A DNA stretch of 63,727 bases, counting the filler, from Sphacelaria rigidula (Eukaryota): the NCBI GenBank assembly GCA_964200075.2. It is 6 parts of 6 records of this genome, joined end to end, with 100 filler letters (N's around TTAATTAATTAA, not from the genome) between each part and the next. Parts side by side here need not be neighbours in the genome. Positions count along the whole stretch, not along the records: positions 10,641 to 21,179 come from CAXNAA020006316.1; positions 21,280 to 31,817 come from CAXNAA020006317.1; 4 more parts are not named here. One strand, given 5' to 3'. The position numbers were made by a program, and so were the translations under genes. The notes under the pieces are model-generated. The model saw nothing but the letters and a program-made list of their open reading frames with translations, was not told the DNA's origin and did not search any database. Within the stretch, counting starts at the first letter, position 1. Every line of letters begins with the position of its first letter. Shown piece by piece: positions 11,063 through 23,639 of this stretch.

Positions 11063-14000
11063 ATGTTTCTCGTTTTTTCCTCCAGCGTGACACCTATTTA
11101 TACGGTTCTTTCAATGCATAAAACATTCCAGTCGCCCGAAAAATAGAGATTTGGCGCCGAGCCTTCACTAACTATGCGCCACCGTGATATAATATTATGC
11201 CAATCTCTGCAGCGATTGGAAATCGCCGAACGAGGTCACACAAAGGACACCGGCGAGGAGCTTCCTCTCCGCCGTTGCTCCTCTGGTGATATCGTCATCG
11301 ACACGCGTGTGCACCGCATTTATTTGGTGTTCCTGACCAAACCCGCGTAACTGCAACAGAAACTCTGATTGCGAACATGCTTCCCGTGGTGATACTGTTC
11401 GGCATAGATTCTCGATTTTTCGAAGGCGAGTTGAACCTCATTTTAGTGTTGGACCCCATTTTTGAGGATCGGCTGTTACATGTGGATCAATCTTGTCCAC
11501 GCACCTTGAATTCGAGATGAATGAAGTGGCGAGATTACCACCGCCCGCGACTAGCCGCCGTGGAAGAAACCTTGAGCGCAGCTGCAAGTTGTTGCGGCAC
11601 CCAAGCGATATCCTGCACCGCGTCTTGTTGCGAAGTTATGGTACACGGCGGGCACTTCCACCGTGTATCACAAGCGGAGATACCATCGAGATTAGACTGG
11701 TGTACAGTATTATGTGTACAGGTGACGGCGTTTGTGCCATGTTGTGCACACATGCACTCGCACTGCGGTGGGCTCTATAGCGATACTCAGTAAATGCTGC
11801 AATACTACAGGGTCCTCTATGCCCTATCTGTAAAGTGGCGCGCAGTAGTACCGGGCAATGATGCGTTGGAACCAAGGTTGGGCTGCATGGATCGAAGAAG
11901 AACAAAGTTGGGTTGTGCCATGTCCGGTCTGTGAACATTTTTTATTTAAACAGCGATCCTTGTTCAGATCCGCGATCGAGAGATAAGTCTACTAACAGCA
12001 GTCAACAACAAAGTAACACGATGGCCTTGAGAGCACCGTCCAGGCAGCTGATGCAACGGGTGCTCCCGACAACAACGACGACATCGATACCACTTCCATG
12101 TGCTAAGTTAATAACCCAATCTGTTGCAACTCCTAGCAGTGGCCGGGAGAAACTTGCGGTAAGACCTTCGGAAGTTGGCGCACTTCTGACCGGTAAACTA
12201 AAGCAGCAGCTGGTGGGCGTGCGAGCGTATCATGCAGTATGTTGCTCGGGATCTTACATGCTGACACAGCCTCCAGCGCAAGCGAGGCTCAAACATGGTG
12301 GAAAGAAAGGTAACACAACTACTTCGTGTATATGTTCCCTCGTGTGAAATGCGTACGTTGCAGTTGGTTCTGTCTTGCTCTCGCCGGACTCATCATGTTT
12401 CGTTCCAAGATAAGAACGATCTGCCTGTTGTCTGTCTGGACGGTGTTGTACCCGATTTAGTGTCACGTTTTTCAACACCACCCCAAACACAAGACCCATC
12501 GGAGCCAAAGAAGTGGGCAGTGCACGAAATGTCAATGGTGTTGACTTATGGGTATAGTATGTCTCTGAATTTTTGTCCTCAGCAAAGTATGGGCCTATTC
12601 CATCAAGTGCAATGCGCAAACCAGCGATTGATACCTCTCCCAGAGCACCTCAGGCAGATGTCGACACAGTCATTTGTATAGCCAAGGACCCATTTTCTAC
12701 TGTTGTAGTACGATGTCCGTCCGACCCGCGATCGGAGAACATTGACACTGCACGACTGTACTGACAGGTACATCAAGCTACTATGATAGCCATCGTTAAG
12801 ACCAAAATTACGCCAATCAACTGTCGGGATAGTGCAGCTTTGGAGTAGATTACCTTAACTTCACCTCGATGTTGAAGAGGTTGTATTCTGTACGGTATGG
12901 GTGCGTTCTGTACAGTGTTGCGCAAAGAAAAAAACATTTTTTCGGAACAGAATCTGACCACTTTTCCCTCTAGTGCGCACTCTTGCAGCGCACAATACCG
13001 GATACAGCGACGTGGAACTGTTGGCTGTGGTTCGCACAACATATGAGCAAAGTTTCAGCGCCTCGCAGCGGCTACAGCGCGCGTAGGGTCGTGCGTCATG
13101 AACTGCGCAGCTCTACAGACTGTGTGCCGATCGGTACACTACAGATGGTCATGATCCAGAGAGGGTCGTGGTACAGACCGGTTTCAGTTTTCTATCACAT
13201 CGGCCGCCGAGCCGCGCTAAATGTCCAAGTTTGTGCATCTGCGCGTGCACACATGCGTTCACCTGTAGTGCGCGAAGTCTGGTCAGCTGCATGGCCGATT
13301 TGAGAGCGCGCTGACGGCATTCCCACAATCGGTTGGGGCCATGTTGTACGGTGTTCCCCGACCCAATCGCGTGGGTGCTTCGGGCATATGCTGCCTGTGT
13401 TGTGCCCAACTGGTGTGCAAAGTTTCATGATGGAACACGCAGTCACAGGCGAGAAATCCCCAACTCAAGTTGCACTGAAAAATGGTGGTTTACCGTAGGA
13501 AAGTACTCAAATAAACATGAGATGCGTTACGCCCTGATTACGCCGCGTATCATATGCGCTCACGTAGTGTTACGGTACGGGTATACTGTCTGTAGACCGT
13601 ACATTGCATCCGCGTATTATACTGCGCTCTATATAGTGGTCATGACGGAGTTTTGATCTTTCAAACCCATCAGCTGCGCCGCCAGACATGCATGCAAACG
13701 ATTGTGCCGTTCTCCAGTGCGAGAAAAGCAAATGAGATGCTTCTTTTTCGAGCGGATTGTACACTCCATATACTACGCCCTGGGCGCGGTGGTGCGTTGG
13801 AACACCAAGCGTGGTCGCCACCTATCGTCGTGCAATGGGGCCGGCAAGACACCCGTGCCGAGCAACACCATGCACACCGCCGAACGCGGGGTATGATCAC
13901 GTTCTCGGCCTGCAACTTGTGCCGACGATCCAGCCTTCAACATAGCTTTTCATATATGCCGTGTGTTGGGCTGTAGGTCGTCCCTCTGGGGCACCTCGCT

Positions 14001-14129
14001 CGTGTCAACTACACCTACTCTGCGGATGATCCAAGCTGGTAATTTAGACAATGATTCTTGTATGCGAAAATCGGCGTACATTTGACCTTCTTTTTCTTTT
14101 AACGCAACACTGTGTTGGGTATGAGATTC

Positions 14130-14530
14130 CTCACATAACTTGAAGAACTGTCGGGTACCGGTATGGGAGGCTCACAGAAAACCGGTAACGGCAGTCGGGT
14201 AAGTCTTGTAGGGCATACCCGCCCCGCGGGTTGGGGTAAAGTTTTTGTACAGAACTCACAGAAACTGTCGGGTAGGGCATGGAGGTTGCATAGAAAACTG
14301 TACCCGCAACCGGGTATCTTTTCAAGAGCATACCCGTGCCCCCCGGTAACGGTACGGGAGACTTACAGAACTCACAGAACTAACGGGTACGGGTATGAAG
14401 GTCTTACCGAGATAACATAACTGTCGGGTACCGGTATGGAAATATTGCAGAGCTTACAGAACGGTCGGGTACGGTAAACAACCGGCAAAATACCCCGAGT
14501 ATACAGAAAACCATACCCTACAAAACATGA
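14130..14530 (+). repeat. ~400-bp repeat element rich in CGGGTA/TACCCG and ACAGAA motifs, copy 1
   Basis: Colinear diverged copy at ~15240-15570 (GGTATGGGAGGCTCACAGAAAACCG ... CAGAAAACC.TACCCTACAAAACA). Confidence 0.75.
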
Positions 14531-15239
14531 CCTTGGAGTTATCATCACCCCAGTTGTGAGACCTACGTCACGACAACAGAGGCGAAATACAGATGACAGT
14601 TCACGAAAACTCTGAACAGCTTCACGGGGTTGACATAGAAAGACTACGCGAACAATCGCGCGAGCATATGTGCACGGGATCGTCAACATCCATCGGCTTT
14701 ACGTACACTCCCGGAGAGCACATGAAGGAGCATTCACGTTTGCCCGTTCTCCGGAAGGCCTTCGGCACGCGACAAAATCGCCGACGGCCTTCGCGACTTT
14801 CAGTGACAGCGCATAGTCTGGGCTGTACATGTCGATAACGACCTGGGGGTTGATGACCACGACACAACTACCATCTACGTCGATGACGTGCGTCTTGCTA
14901 CTTGATCCCTGGTGGCGCATTTGAACCGCCCCCGCTCGAGCCACCACTCGAGTCTGGGGGTGATCCACCCTGGCGGTCTGCAGTGCTGCTCACGTTTCGT
15001 GTTTCCACTCAGCGGTACCTTGTATCCCGTCAGATCTCAAACTAAAGAACTTTTTGACATTCAATTATTGTTGGTGTGCAGTTTTGAATGAAGGGGTAAG
15101 GTGGGTTGATCGATGGGAGGTACATGTTCAGGTCATCAGGTTGTGTTTGGATTGAACCGATATCCGTACCTCCCCAAGGTATATACCTATGCTCATACCT
15201 GCAATCGGGTATATCTATAACGATATACCCTAACCCCGG

Positions 15240-15570
15240 GTAGGGGTATGGGAGGCTCACAGAAAACCGATACCGGCAATCGGGTATTCCTTCAAGAGTA
15301 TACCCGCGCTCCGGGTGCGGGTAAACATTCAGTACAGAACTCACAGAAACTGCCGGATGGGGTATGGAGGTTGCACAGAAAACCGTACCCGCAATCAGGT
15401 GTCCTATCAAGAACGTACCCGTGCCCCCCGTTAACCGTACGGGAGTCTTACAGAGATTGCAAAACTATCGGGTACGGGTATGAAAGTCTTAGATTGATCA
15501 CAGAACTGTCAGGTACAGTAGACACCCCGCAAAATAACCCGGGTATGCAGAAAACCGTACCCTACAAAAC
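15240..15570 (+). repeat. CGGGTA/ACAGAA-rich repeat element, copy 2
   Basis: Same motif order as 14130-14530. Confidence 0.75.
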
Positions 15571-15829
15571 AGAGCCTTGAATATTTCCATCTGCGGCAAG
15601 GGTCTGCGCTTCCACAACCTGGAGGAATGGTAAAACATTTTTCTCTGCAGCTGCTGCGTGTATCGAGATATTCTCGTCTGAGAGGGGGATGTTGGAACAT
15701 GGGAGCTCTGTTGCGAAAATGCTCGATTCCTTCGCCTTGCCTCTTCGATGGTTCACCGCATATCCGTCCCTACCATGATGAGATCGGCCGCGTGCACCGC
15801 TATTTCCAGCGTCGGTATCACCGGTGGGA

Positions 15830-18800
15830 GTCGCGCCGGTCGCTCGCGAAGTGGGCGGGGGGAAGAAGCAGTGACCCTGGCAACCGCAGCTCAGCTTGCA
15901 ATTCCCCAAACACCTGTACCCTCGGTATGTTTGATCGCTTTGGGATGCCTTTGCTGGCTTGCATTAAGATCCCAGGGTTCGCAGGTTCGGATCCACCAAG
16001 GTACGTGCGGCTTGATACGAAAATAACATTTTGTCTAGTGCAAGCTCCACCACCTCTCTGCTAGCCGACTTTCTACCACCCTTGTGGTGAGTACTCTTTT
16101 ACGGCTCGACGCCACACACACCCCGTTGAAGCCCACCGTCGGCATCCTGTCCCGAAGGCCCTGCCGCCGGTAGTCGAATACTGCGTCATGAACCCACGTG
16201 CTCCATGTAGGGGTTCAAGTTTGAGCAGGAGCGGAAAGGCATTTGGCCGTCTACTGTGGTGAAACGCAGGCGCATCTTGTTCACCGACCACTCCAAGTCC
16301 TGCCGGGACGTGGTGAACAATAGTCCCGACTCTGCGGTGACTTGCACAAACGCGTTTTCCTGAACAAATACCGTGGCTGCCGGCTTTACGCCCTCATCGG
16401 AATCCACCCTCAGATAACCGTCTTTGACCACCAGTATAAGCCTTGTAAACAGATTTGGCGTTCGCAGGGCCTCCACAACAAAATTCCACGAGTCGAGGAA
16501 AAGAATCCCGGACGCGTGTGACAGGAAGTCGTATCCAGCGAACAGATGGGTTGAAACGAGCAGTGCCACCTACACAGATCACGTCGGCCAAGGATGCTCT
16601 CCTACTCCCTCCCTCAGATTCTTGATCGTCCTGTATCCCCTGTCCACCAGTATGTACCGGGGGCTACCGCTCACGATGCGTTCGACGGTGACTTTCACCG
16701 GGTCTGAGCCCTGCCTGCGACGTGGTACGCCCGGAGAACATAGCCCGGAGTACATTAATACACTAATCAATATCGGTGAAGGTCACTAACCATATCTTCA
16801 AGTGCTTCCCGAATAACCTCCACGAGTGGATAAAGTGAACTCGGACATTTATTCTTCGCCTACTGTACAAGCTGGTCAGGGGTGAACGTCCAATATTTAT
16901 GCTCCCGCGATTTCTCACGCGGGTTCTTGGAGTTTAAACCTGAAACTTTGCACGCACGTTCTCTGGGGGATGGCGGAACTTTTATGAATCTGTGTTCCCC
17001 CTTCTTTCGTCAGATGACCGGGGGCCATGTGGTCTCGTGGGACCCCTGGTATCTAGCGAAAGAGAATGAAAATCGAAAAAATAAATTTATGGGGAGTTTC
17101 CCTCCATACCATGGTACACGTGTTCAAAATTCAGGGCCAAACTCCAAAAACCCGCGTGAGAAATCACTCTTACGTGGGGTAAGCTGTAAAATAACCTGCT
17201 GAACCCCTATTTACTTGATTTGAGTATCAAATCGACCTTTACTTTGTGCGTTCAAGCTTGTATCGATCGTTTGGGGTCCGTTTTCCGGGTTGCGCAACGA
17301 AACTTTGTACACACGTTGCTGCAGCTACTGCCGCTACCGCCACCGCCATCCCCCTGGGTCGCACCCCACTACCGCTACATTGAACTGCTGGGCCGCCCCT
17401 CCCAACCCGAATCCAACAACACCGGCGCATCCCGCCGCGTCCGCCGTCACCGCCGCTGCTCTCCCACCCCTTCGTCGTCTGCTTCTGCCGCCGCTACTGA
17501 CTGCCAGACGGGTTGTGCTGCCCCATCGTCCACGACATTCGCACCGCCAGCCTTTCCCTCCCGACCTCGCCTGCTTGTAACCGCTGCGGCGCATGATCCC
17601 TGGAAAGACCTGTCTGGCCCCTCACTGACGGCACCCACGCAAGGTGTTATAGCCGCCGCGCCCACCGGCCCCTGTCGTCGCAGCTCTTCCCCCCCAGTCC
17701 CGTCCAACGTGTTCTCCTATTCCTACTCCTGCCACAGCTCCTGGCGTGACGCTGCTCAGGGCAGGCGGTATTCTAGACCCGTTCGTTACGATCAAGGATC
17801 TCTTGTTGTTCTCGACGAGTACTCGCTTTGCAGTACCGATGGCCAAGTTATTCCGCACATGCTTGTTGTTTTCCCGAGACAAACTTCGGCAGCCTGGCCC
17901 TCGGGGGAGGTCCGTCGTCGACGTTAGGTGGAATTTTGTGTCGCGCTTTTGGAGCACATCTGTTCATCCGTTCGCCCTCGTTGCCCGCGCGCCTTGAAAA
18001 ATCCCACGGTGTTGGGGTCGTTGTATGCACGCACCACAATCTCGGTCTGATTGTTTCAGCAACGATGAACAGGGGCAGGCTGCCGTTTGCCTGAGGGTGA
18101 GGCGGCGGAAGCAGGTGTGTTCGTTTCCCGGCGTTGTCGTCACCGCAGCACAGATCGGCAGTAGATATCTGTCTGACCACCATCGAAATTTCAGGATGCT
18201 CAATGGGACGAACGCTCCGAGCCTGAGGAGCACTCTCTCCTTCTTCTGGGAGTTTTTGAGCACCCCTTTAACCCCCCGCAATGCGGTCAGCAGCTCCTGC
18301 GTGTAGATGATATCGCTATTGGTGTTGGATCTCAACACCGAGTTCCACGCCTTAACTCTTCGGCGGTTTGGTCGTTGTGCTCTTCGGCGGGATCGTATAC
18401 ACTTTCTGCTTTCTCGCACTCTTCTTGGTCTTGTCGCCCGACACGTGAGACGCGATACTGTCGTCCAACTTCTTCTGAAACATGTCCGAGCTCGACAGAA
18501 CTGCTGCGCCCCGCGGACCGCTAACCACACGCCCGTCCAGCGCATGCAGGACCTCTTTACCGTTCGGCGTAAAGGCGGGAGTACGTTGTAGCTTGTGGTT
18601 CTCCCAAGTTCCTCTGCGATATACTATATCCCCACCCCCCAATATGGCTTCATGACTGCCTTTGCCATGTGGCACAGAAGATGCCAGCCACCCGTGAATA
18701 TTCTGAGCCAGTGATATTGGCGGGGGCACTTCAGATGAGGTGGTACATCAGCCGAAGCGTCTTCTCGTCGCCGGCGACCATACATCCCGCCACCGCGCCC

Positions 18801-19130
18801 CTCTCATCCACACGGCGTATGTCAAAAAGATGGTCAATCACGGCTTTCGAGTTGTATCAACTCTTGGAGCTGCCCAACTTCATGAACATGGGCCGATTCG
18901 ATGGCGATAACTCCAGCGTGTTTTGTTCCAACGCCGACGTACTTGAGACTTCAAAGGCCGCGGCTCCCCTGCCCACTAGCCTTCTTGGCTTCGCACGGTC
19001 TGCGCTCCGCCGTTTGTCACGCCGCCCCCTGATTTCTACAACCGCGCCATCAGCGGTCGCGTCTCACGCCCCCGAGTTACTGAACAGTATAGTCGCCCTG
19101 TGTTTCTCGCACGACTCGGGACTTGGCCCC
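15830..19130 (-). mobile_element. Decayed Academ(X)-like DNA transposon ORF: transposase + XPG/PIN-like nuclease + Cys-rich tail; frameshifted and interrupted by insertions
   Basis: Motifs in order on the minus strand: VAGDEKTLRLMYHL (~18778-18737), WLRIFTGGWHLLCH (~18710-18669), FRWWSDRYL (~18190), AGNEGERMNR (~17989-17960), GEE.M..F/HFIH..LVTFTDID (~16860-16765), HLFAGYDFLS (~16548-16519), RCLGNCKLSCGCQGHC (~15915-15868). Several stops and frameshifts. Confidence 0.6.
16878..17207. mobile_element. MITE-like insertion with subterminal inverted repeats, inside the Academ-like relic
   Basis: 16909-16935 GATTTCTCACGCGGGTTCTTGGAGTTT is the reverse complement of 17139-17165 (1 mismatch in 27). 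The ends read AGGGGT...ACCCCT. Confidence 0.65.
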
Positions 19131-19987
19131 CTTTGAGCTGCGCCTCCGCAGTCCACGTGCCCTCCTGCGATTTCCCTCAGATTTTCCATGGGTCGTGCAT
19201 GTTCGGAGTGCGTCGGACGAGATCTACTCTCCATCATGAATGTGGCATGTGTCGGGCGGGATGACGGCTCGAGTGATGAAGTGCTTTACTCCCTGTCCGG
19301 AGGAGATGGAACAGCGATAGGTGGTTGCAAGGTGTCAGCTGTCTGTTCTGTTTGAAAGGGCGAGCGTCGGAGTCGGGGATTCATGTGAAGGCCTGTCATG
19401 CACAAGTCTAGGTGTCTTCACTTACCTTCAAAATCCACAACCGTCGCTGGCACATGACCGAACTAGTCAGGTGCGTGTGATCTTCATTCAGCATTCATTG
19501 TATGCAGGGCATTACTGCAACAGGGGACTCCTGGCGCTCTTGCCTCAGGATTGATTTTGGTGTCGAATGTCGCGTTCGAATTACCCCGGCCGGCGTCTAA
19601 GCAGACATTCAGGCGTTGCATCACATGAGTGAGCCTTGGGGGTCCTCCACATCTACCGTGAGCGAACGTCCCGGAGGATGGGTAGGTAGAAGGTTGAACA
19701 TTACTGTTATTCATCCAACGTTTCTTCCATCGTGCGGTTCTCATGGTGGGGTGGCCTACGGCAACGGAGGACTGCCGCCGCTCCCCCCCCCCGCCCCCAT
19801 GAAGAGTGTATAAGCCGTGGCTGTCTCTGGAAGTGGCAACACCAGAAGATGGAGCATCTCATTGTAGGCTGTCATCCAAAATGCAAAATGATTTGTACGC
19901 TTCGAGCCGAAAAATCTCAGCAGGATGCAGCTCACCCTTCGTGCGACTCGCCGAACACACCATGGCGCTTCGCGCTTGGTGATTAAT

Positions 19988-20095
19988 TGCGAGCCTGGTC
20001 TGGCGAATACCCGGTGTGCTCCATCCTGGCTTTGTAGGGATGCGAGCGAGGTCAATGGCCTTCGTGACTACGACATGCAAGATCATGACACTCTC
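19988..20095 (-). repeat. Repeat family R1 copy
   Basis: Reverse complement of 21088-21179 and 10464-10540. Confidence 0.7.
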
Positions 20096-20099
20096 CCCC

Positions 20100-20330
20100 T
20101 TGCCCCCAGAAAAGTGACTGGTATGAAAAAGCAAAATCTACATGTAAATCGAAATGACGCAAGTCGAGCACACCGAGCAGCTGGGAACTCCCACACGTGG
20201 AATCGTTTTCGTCGATATCGCCCACATGAGGCGCTTCATGTATTCTGACACCAGCTATCATGCGCTTGCTGTGTGACCATTTTCTTCGTGACACGTTTGG
20301 GACTGGTTTTGGCGGGGGAGGTGGGGAGGG
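20100..20330. mobile_element. MITE family M2, degraded copy
   Basis: Internal sequence (GTAAATCGAAATG...CGAGCAGCTGGGAACTCCCAC...GAGGCGCTTCATG...GACCATTTT) is shared with 30239-30410, 31918-32056 and 63428-63692. Confidence 0.7.
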
Positions 20331-21087
20331 GGGGGGGGGGGGGGGGTGGTGGGGGGGTTCCCGGGGGGGTGGTCTTGCGGGGCCAAATCTGGTCGCGGGG
20401 GGCGGGGTTGCCTCCGGCTGACCCTNNNNNNNNNNGGGTTATCGCGGGATTACTCGGAGTCGTGCTCTTTCGCTGACATATCTGATCGCAGCGTGCGATC
20501 GTGCTACTGCAGTACCCTTCAGCTCCACAAATCGAAATCAACGTTGATGTCGACTCCATTGATCTCCGTCCTCGTAAAATGTCGTTTGAACCCGGGTGCA
20601 GGTTCCCAACATGCGCACGTTCTGCCCATGGGGGCACTAGTGACAACGCGCATCTTTGTACATGGACAACGCTCCCCACAAACTTCCTCTTAACTCACGA
20701 CGGCATTGGGCAGGATGTGATTATTGTAGGCTTAGACCCGGACCGCCATATATGCACTCCAGTAGTACTGTACATGGTGTTTTTTCTTCTTGTAGTCGAG
20801 GCACTCCAGCACCCAGCATTTTACTTTGCAGGCGGTACAACGCTCTGTGCGGTGCTGTGATGTACTGTACTAAGCTGAGGTGCACTCTTTGTACTGTGTC
20901 GATCACTCAAGAGCGCGCACGTTCTGGTGTGGAGCAACAACTCGTTTCACGTGCGGCAGGGATGGATTTCAGCATATCCCGTAGTCGAAAGCTTGCGCTC
21001 TCCAGTTGGTGAAGACCTCGTCAGTGCCTCTACCGCTGGCGTCACGCGAGCGCGGCGCTCTCTCAAGACCAGAGGCCAGATTTCACG

Positions 21088-21179
21088 GTTGGAGGGGTGT
21101 ACTCATGATCAGACCATTGACCTCGCATCCCTACAATGCCGGGACGGAGCACACCGGGTTTTCGCCAGGCCAGGCTTGC
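21088..21179 (+). repeat. Repeat family R1 copy (cut by contig end)
   Basis: See 10464-10540. Confidence 0.75.
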
Positions 21180-21279
21180 NNNNNNNNNNNNNNNNNNNNN
21201 NNNNNNNNNNNNNNNNNNNNNNNTTAATTAATTAANNNNNNNNNNNNNNNNNNNNNNNNNNNNNNNNNNNNNNNNNNNN
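21180..21279. other. Artificial contig linker
   Basis: N44-TTAATTAATTAA-N44. Confidence 0.98.
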
Positions 21280-21319
21280 GGTATATCTGCTCTGATATTA
21301 CCATCTTCATCAACTAAAA

Positions 21320-23370
21320 TCACAGGTAATGGTTCAAAGCAAGCAGGCATACGACGGACTGTTCATTCTCGACCTTCAAGATCACAGAAAATTGGGTGTC
21401 CTTGTCCCCAATCACGCCCTGGTCCGGCGGCCACAAGCAACCAGGGCCTTTGCCGCTCAGCGCTAGCTCATCGGAGCAAATTGGCTTCGCGCTTCCAACA
21501 GCAGCGGCAGCGGCGGCTGGATCAGATGTACCCGCTTCAGCCATATCCTCCTGCTCAGCGCGATCCCGAACAGGAACAGCGGCAGCGGAGCTGCCTATAT
21601 TGCGATCGGGCTGCGTAGCAAATTCGCCCTCTTTAACAGCAATACCAGCAGCATCCAAACCAGTGCTTACCGTGGTACTGTCGGCGGGCGCGCTCTCATG
21701 CCTACCCGCTTTGACAGATACGTGCTGTGTCCCCTTCCCGCTCTGCATAGTGGAAACAGCTGCCCCGTATCGCTGCTTGAGACGCGTACTACCGACTGCA
21801 CATTCAGTGTGTGCACTATCGTGCCTGTCCCCTCGGGCAGACACATGCTTCTCGGCTTTCACAGTGCAAGCTGCTGCCCTGTATCGTTGTTTCAGACGCG
21901 CACCACCGACTGACTGCACGTGCAGCGGATGCACTGTCGTGCTTGTCCCCTCGGGCATACTCATGCTTCTCGGCTTTCACTGTTCATGTAGCTGCCCCGT
22001 ATCGTTGTTTCAGACGCGCACCACCTACTGCACGTTCGGCAAGCGCACGGTCGTGCCTGTCCCTTATGGCAGAAAAATGCTTCGCAGCTCGCACAATGCT
22101 ATGCACCCATTTGACGACGCATGCTTGCGCAACGCGAGAAGCAATTGCGTGTGCCCAACACCATAATATGCCTCAAGAACATACCTCACCGATATATCGC
22201 AACGTGTTTCGGTATGAGATCGGAAACCGCTGTCACCCCAAAGAGGTTTGACCATCGCGCGTTTACGTGACATACAACCCGCACATATTTCTCGTATTTC
22301 CGAAAACATTCGGCTAATTTCTCGCTCAACAAACGGCGGCCGTAGTAGGGCACCTCCAGCGCCAGTACAGGAAAAACATGACCATCGACGATGGCATATT
22401 GCTGCGCCTCATCATTTTGAGCCATCGAACAGGCTTCGCCACTACCTCCGTGCTTTTCATCAAGCACCAAGCCATCACGACATGTGTACATCGTCAACAA
22501 CGAGAAAACCGCACCTCTATAGCTCAGCAGCGGTTCCAGAAGACCGGCGTTGTTTCTGGAAACAACAACTTTTCATACACGAAGACGCGCTTGACCATCT
22601 AACGGCAATGGCCACAACGCCGCTTCCGCACGCAGGTCTCACCACTGTAGACTACGGGCAACATTGTTACCGTGGTTGGCTACATGACTGCAATGGAGAA
22701 AATGCGTAACAGGCGTCTCAAGCAGCCTTGTGACCTTGTTCTGATTCCAGGAGGGCTCTATAAGCGACTGGATCAAGTATACCCCCTCCAGCCATATCCT
22801 CCTGCCAAGCGTTCCTGAACCGCAACAGCGGCAGCTGAGCGGCCTGCAGTCTGCTCCAGCGGCGTGACATATTCGCCCTCTCCAGCAGCAATACCAGCAG
22901 CATCCAAACCAGTGCTTACCGTGGTACTGTCGGCGGGCGCGCTCTCATGCCTACCTGCTTCGACAGACACGTGCTGTGTCCCCTTCCCGCTCTGTACTGT
23001 TGCTTGAGACGCGTACTACCGACTGCACGTTCGGCGGGTGCACTATCGTGCCTGTCCCCTCGGGCAGATACATGCTTCTCGGCTTTCACAGTGCAAGCAG
23101 CTGCCCTGTATCGTTGTTTCAGACGCGCAGCACCGACTGCACGTTCGGCAAGCGCACGGTCGTGCCTGTCACCTCTGACAGACACATGCTTCTCGCCCTT
23201 CACAGTGCATGCGGGAGCGCTCTCCTGGCTTTCCCCTCCGACAGACACGTGCGGTGTGACCAGTGCGGGTTTCACGGTGCGGTGCGTCCCACCGGACGAC
23301 GCGTGCTTGCGAAACGCAAAAAGCAACTGCTCGTGCCCAACATCATAATTATGCTTCAAGGTCACAAGGC
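21320..23370 (-). mobile_element. Degenerate LTR-retroelement 5' region (PBS-like site, gag-like N-terminus, 114-bp internal tandem repeats), partly duplicated
   Basis: TGGTGAGACCTGCG PBS-like motif on minus at ~22630-22644. Gag-like peptide YAIVDGHVFPVLALEVPYYGRRLLSEKLAECFRKYEKY. Repeats encode HVSARGDRHDSAPAERAVGxxRLKQRYRAAACTVKAEK. Segment 21540-22170 is duplicated at 22790-23350. Confidence 0.6.
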
Positions 23371-23419
23371 TGCTCCAAGGGCCTTCTCCCTCACTAGGGC
23401 TTGAAGACTTGAAGACAGT

Positions 23420-23612
23420 TGTTGTTTACAACCACATAGTCTTCGATATCGGAAGTGATCGGCACACCTCGTATGCAAACATCATACATCACGGGGTCCA
23501 CCGACCATACTCTCAGACCCGTTATCCATCAACCAGCCTGTAAACGCCTGCTTTGCATTTTCTCCACTGCAGTCATGTACCAACCAAGGTAATAATATTG
23601 CCCGGAGTCTAC
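23420..23612 (-). mobile_element. LTR fragment (starts TGTAGAC on minus, preceded by a purine-rich GGGGGTGC)
   Basis: Lies just downstream of the minus-strand pol at 23640-26110. Homologous fragments occur at 22645-22715 and 30720-30868. Confidence 0.5.
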
Positions 23613-23639
23613 AGCACCCCCGAAGCTCGCTAACTACTT

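Noticed and set aside
17240-17320. Segment similar to 56455-56530 suggesting a link between the Academ-like relic and the Gypsy element
   Set aside because: Best explained as a short Gypsy 5'-region fragment inserted into the relic; the two lie on different contigs.
20310-20434. G-quadruplex-like poly-G tract (also 63650-63690)
   Set aside because: 20345-20420 reads as a G-corrupted copy of 20445-20500 next to an N gap. This is typical sequencing failure after a G homopolymer in the M2 end.
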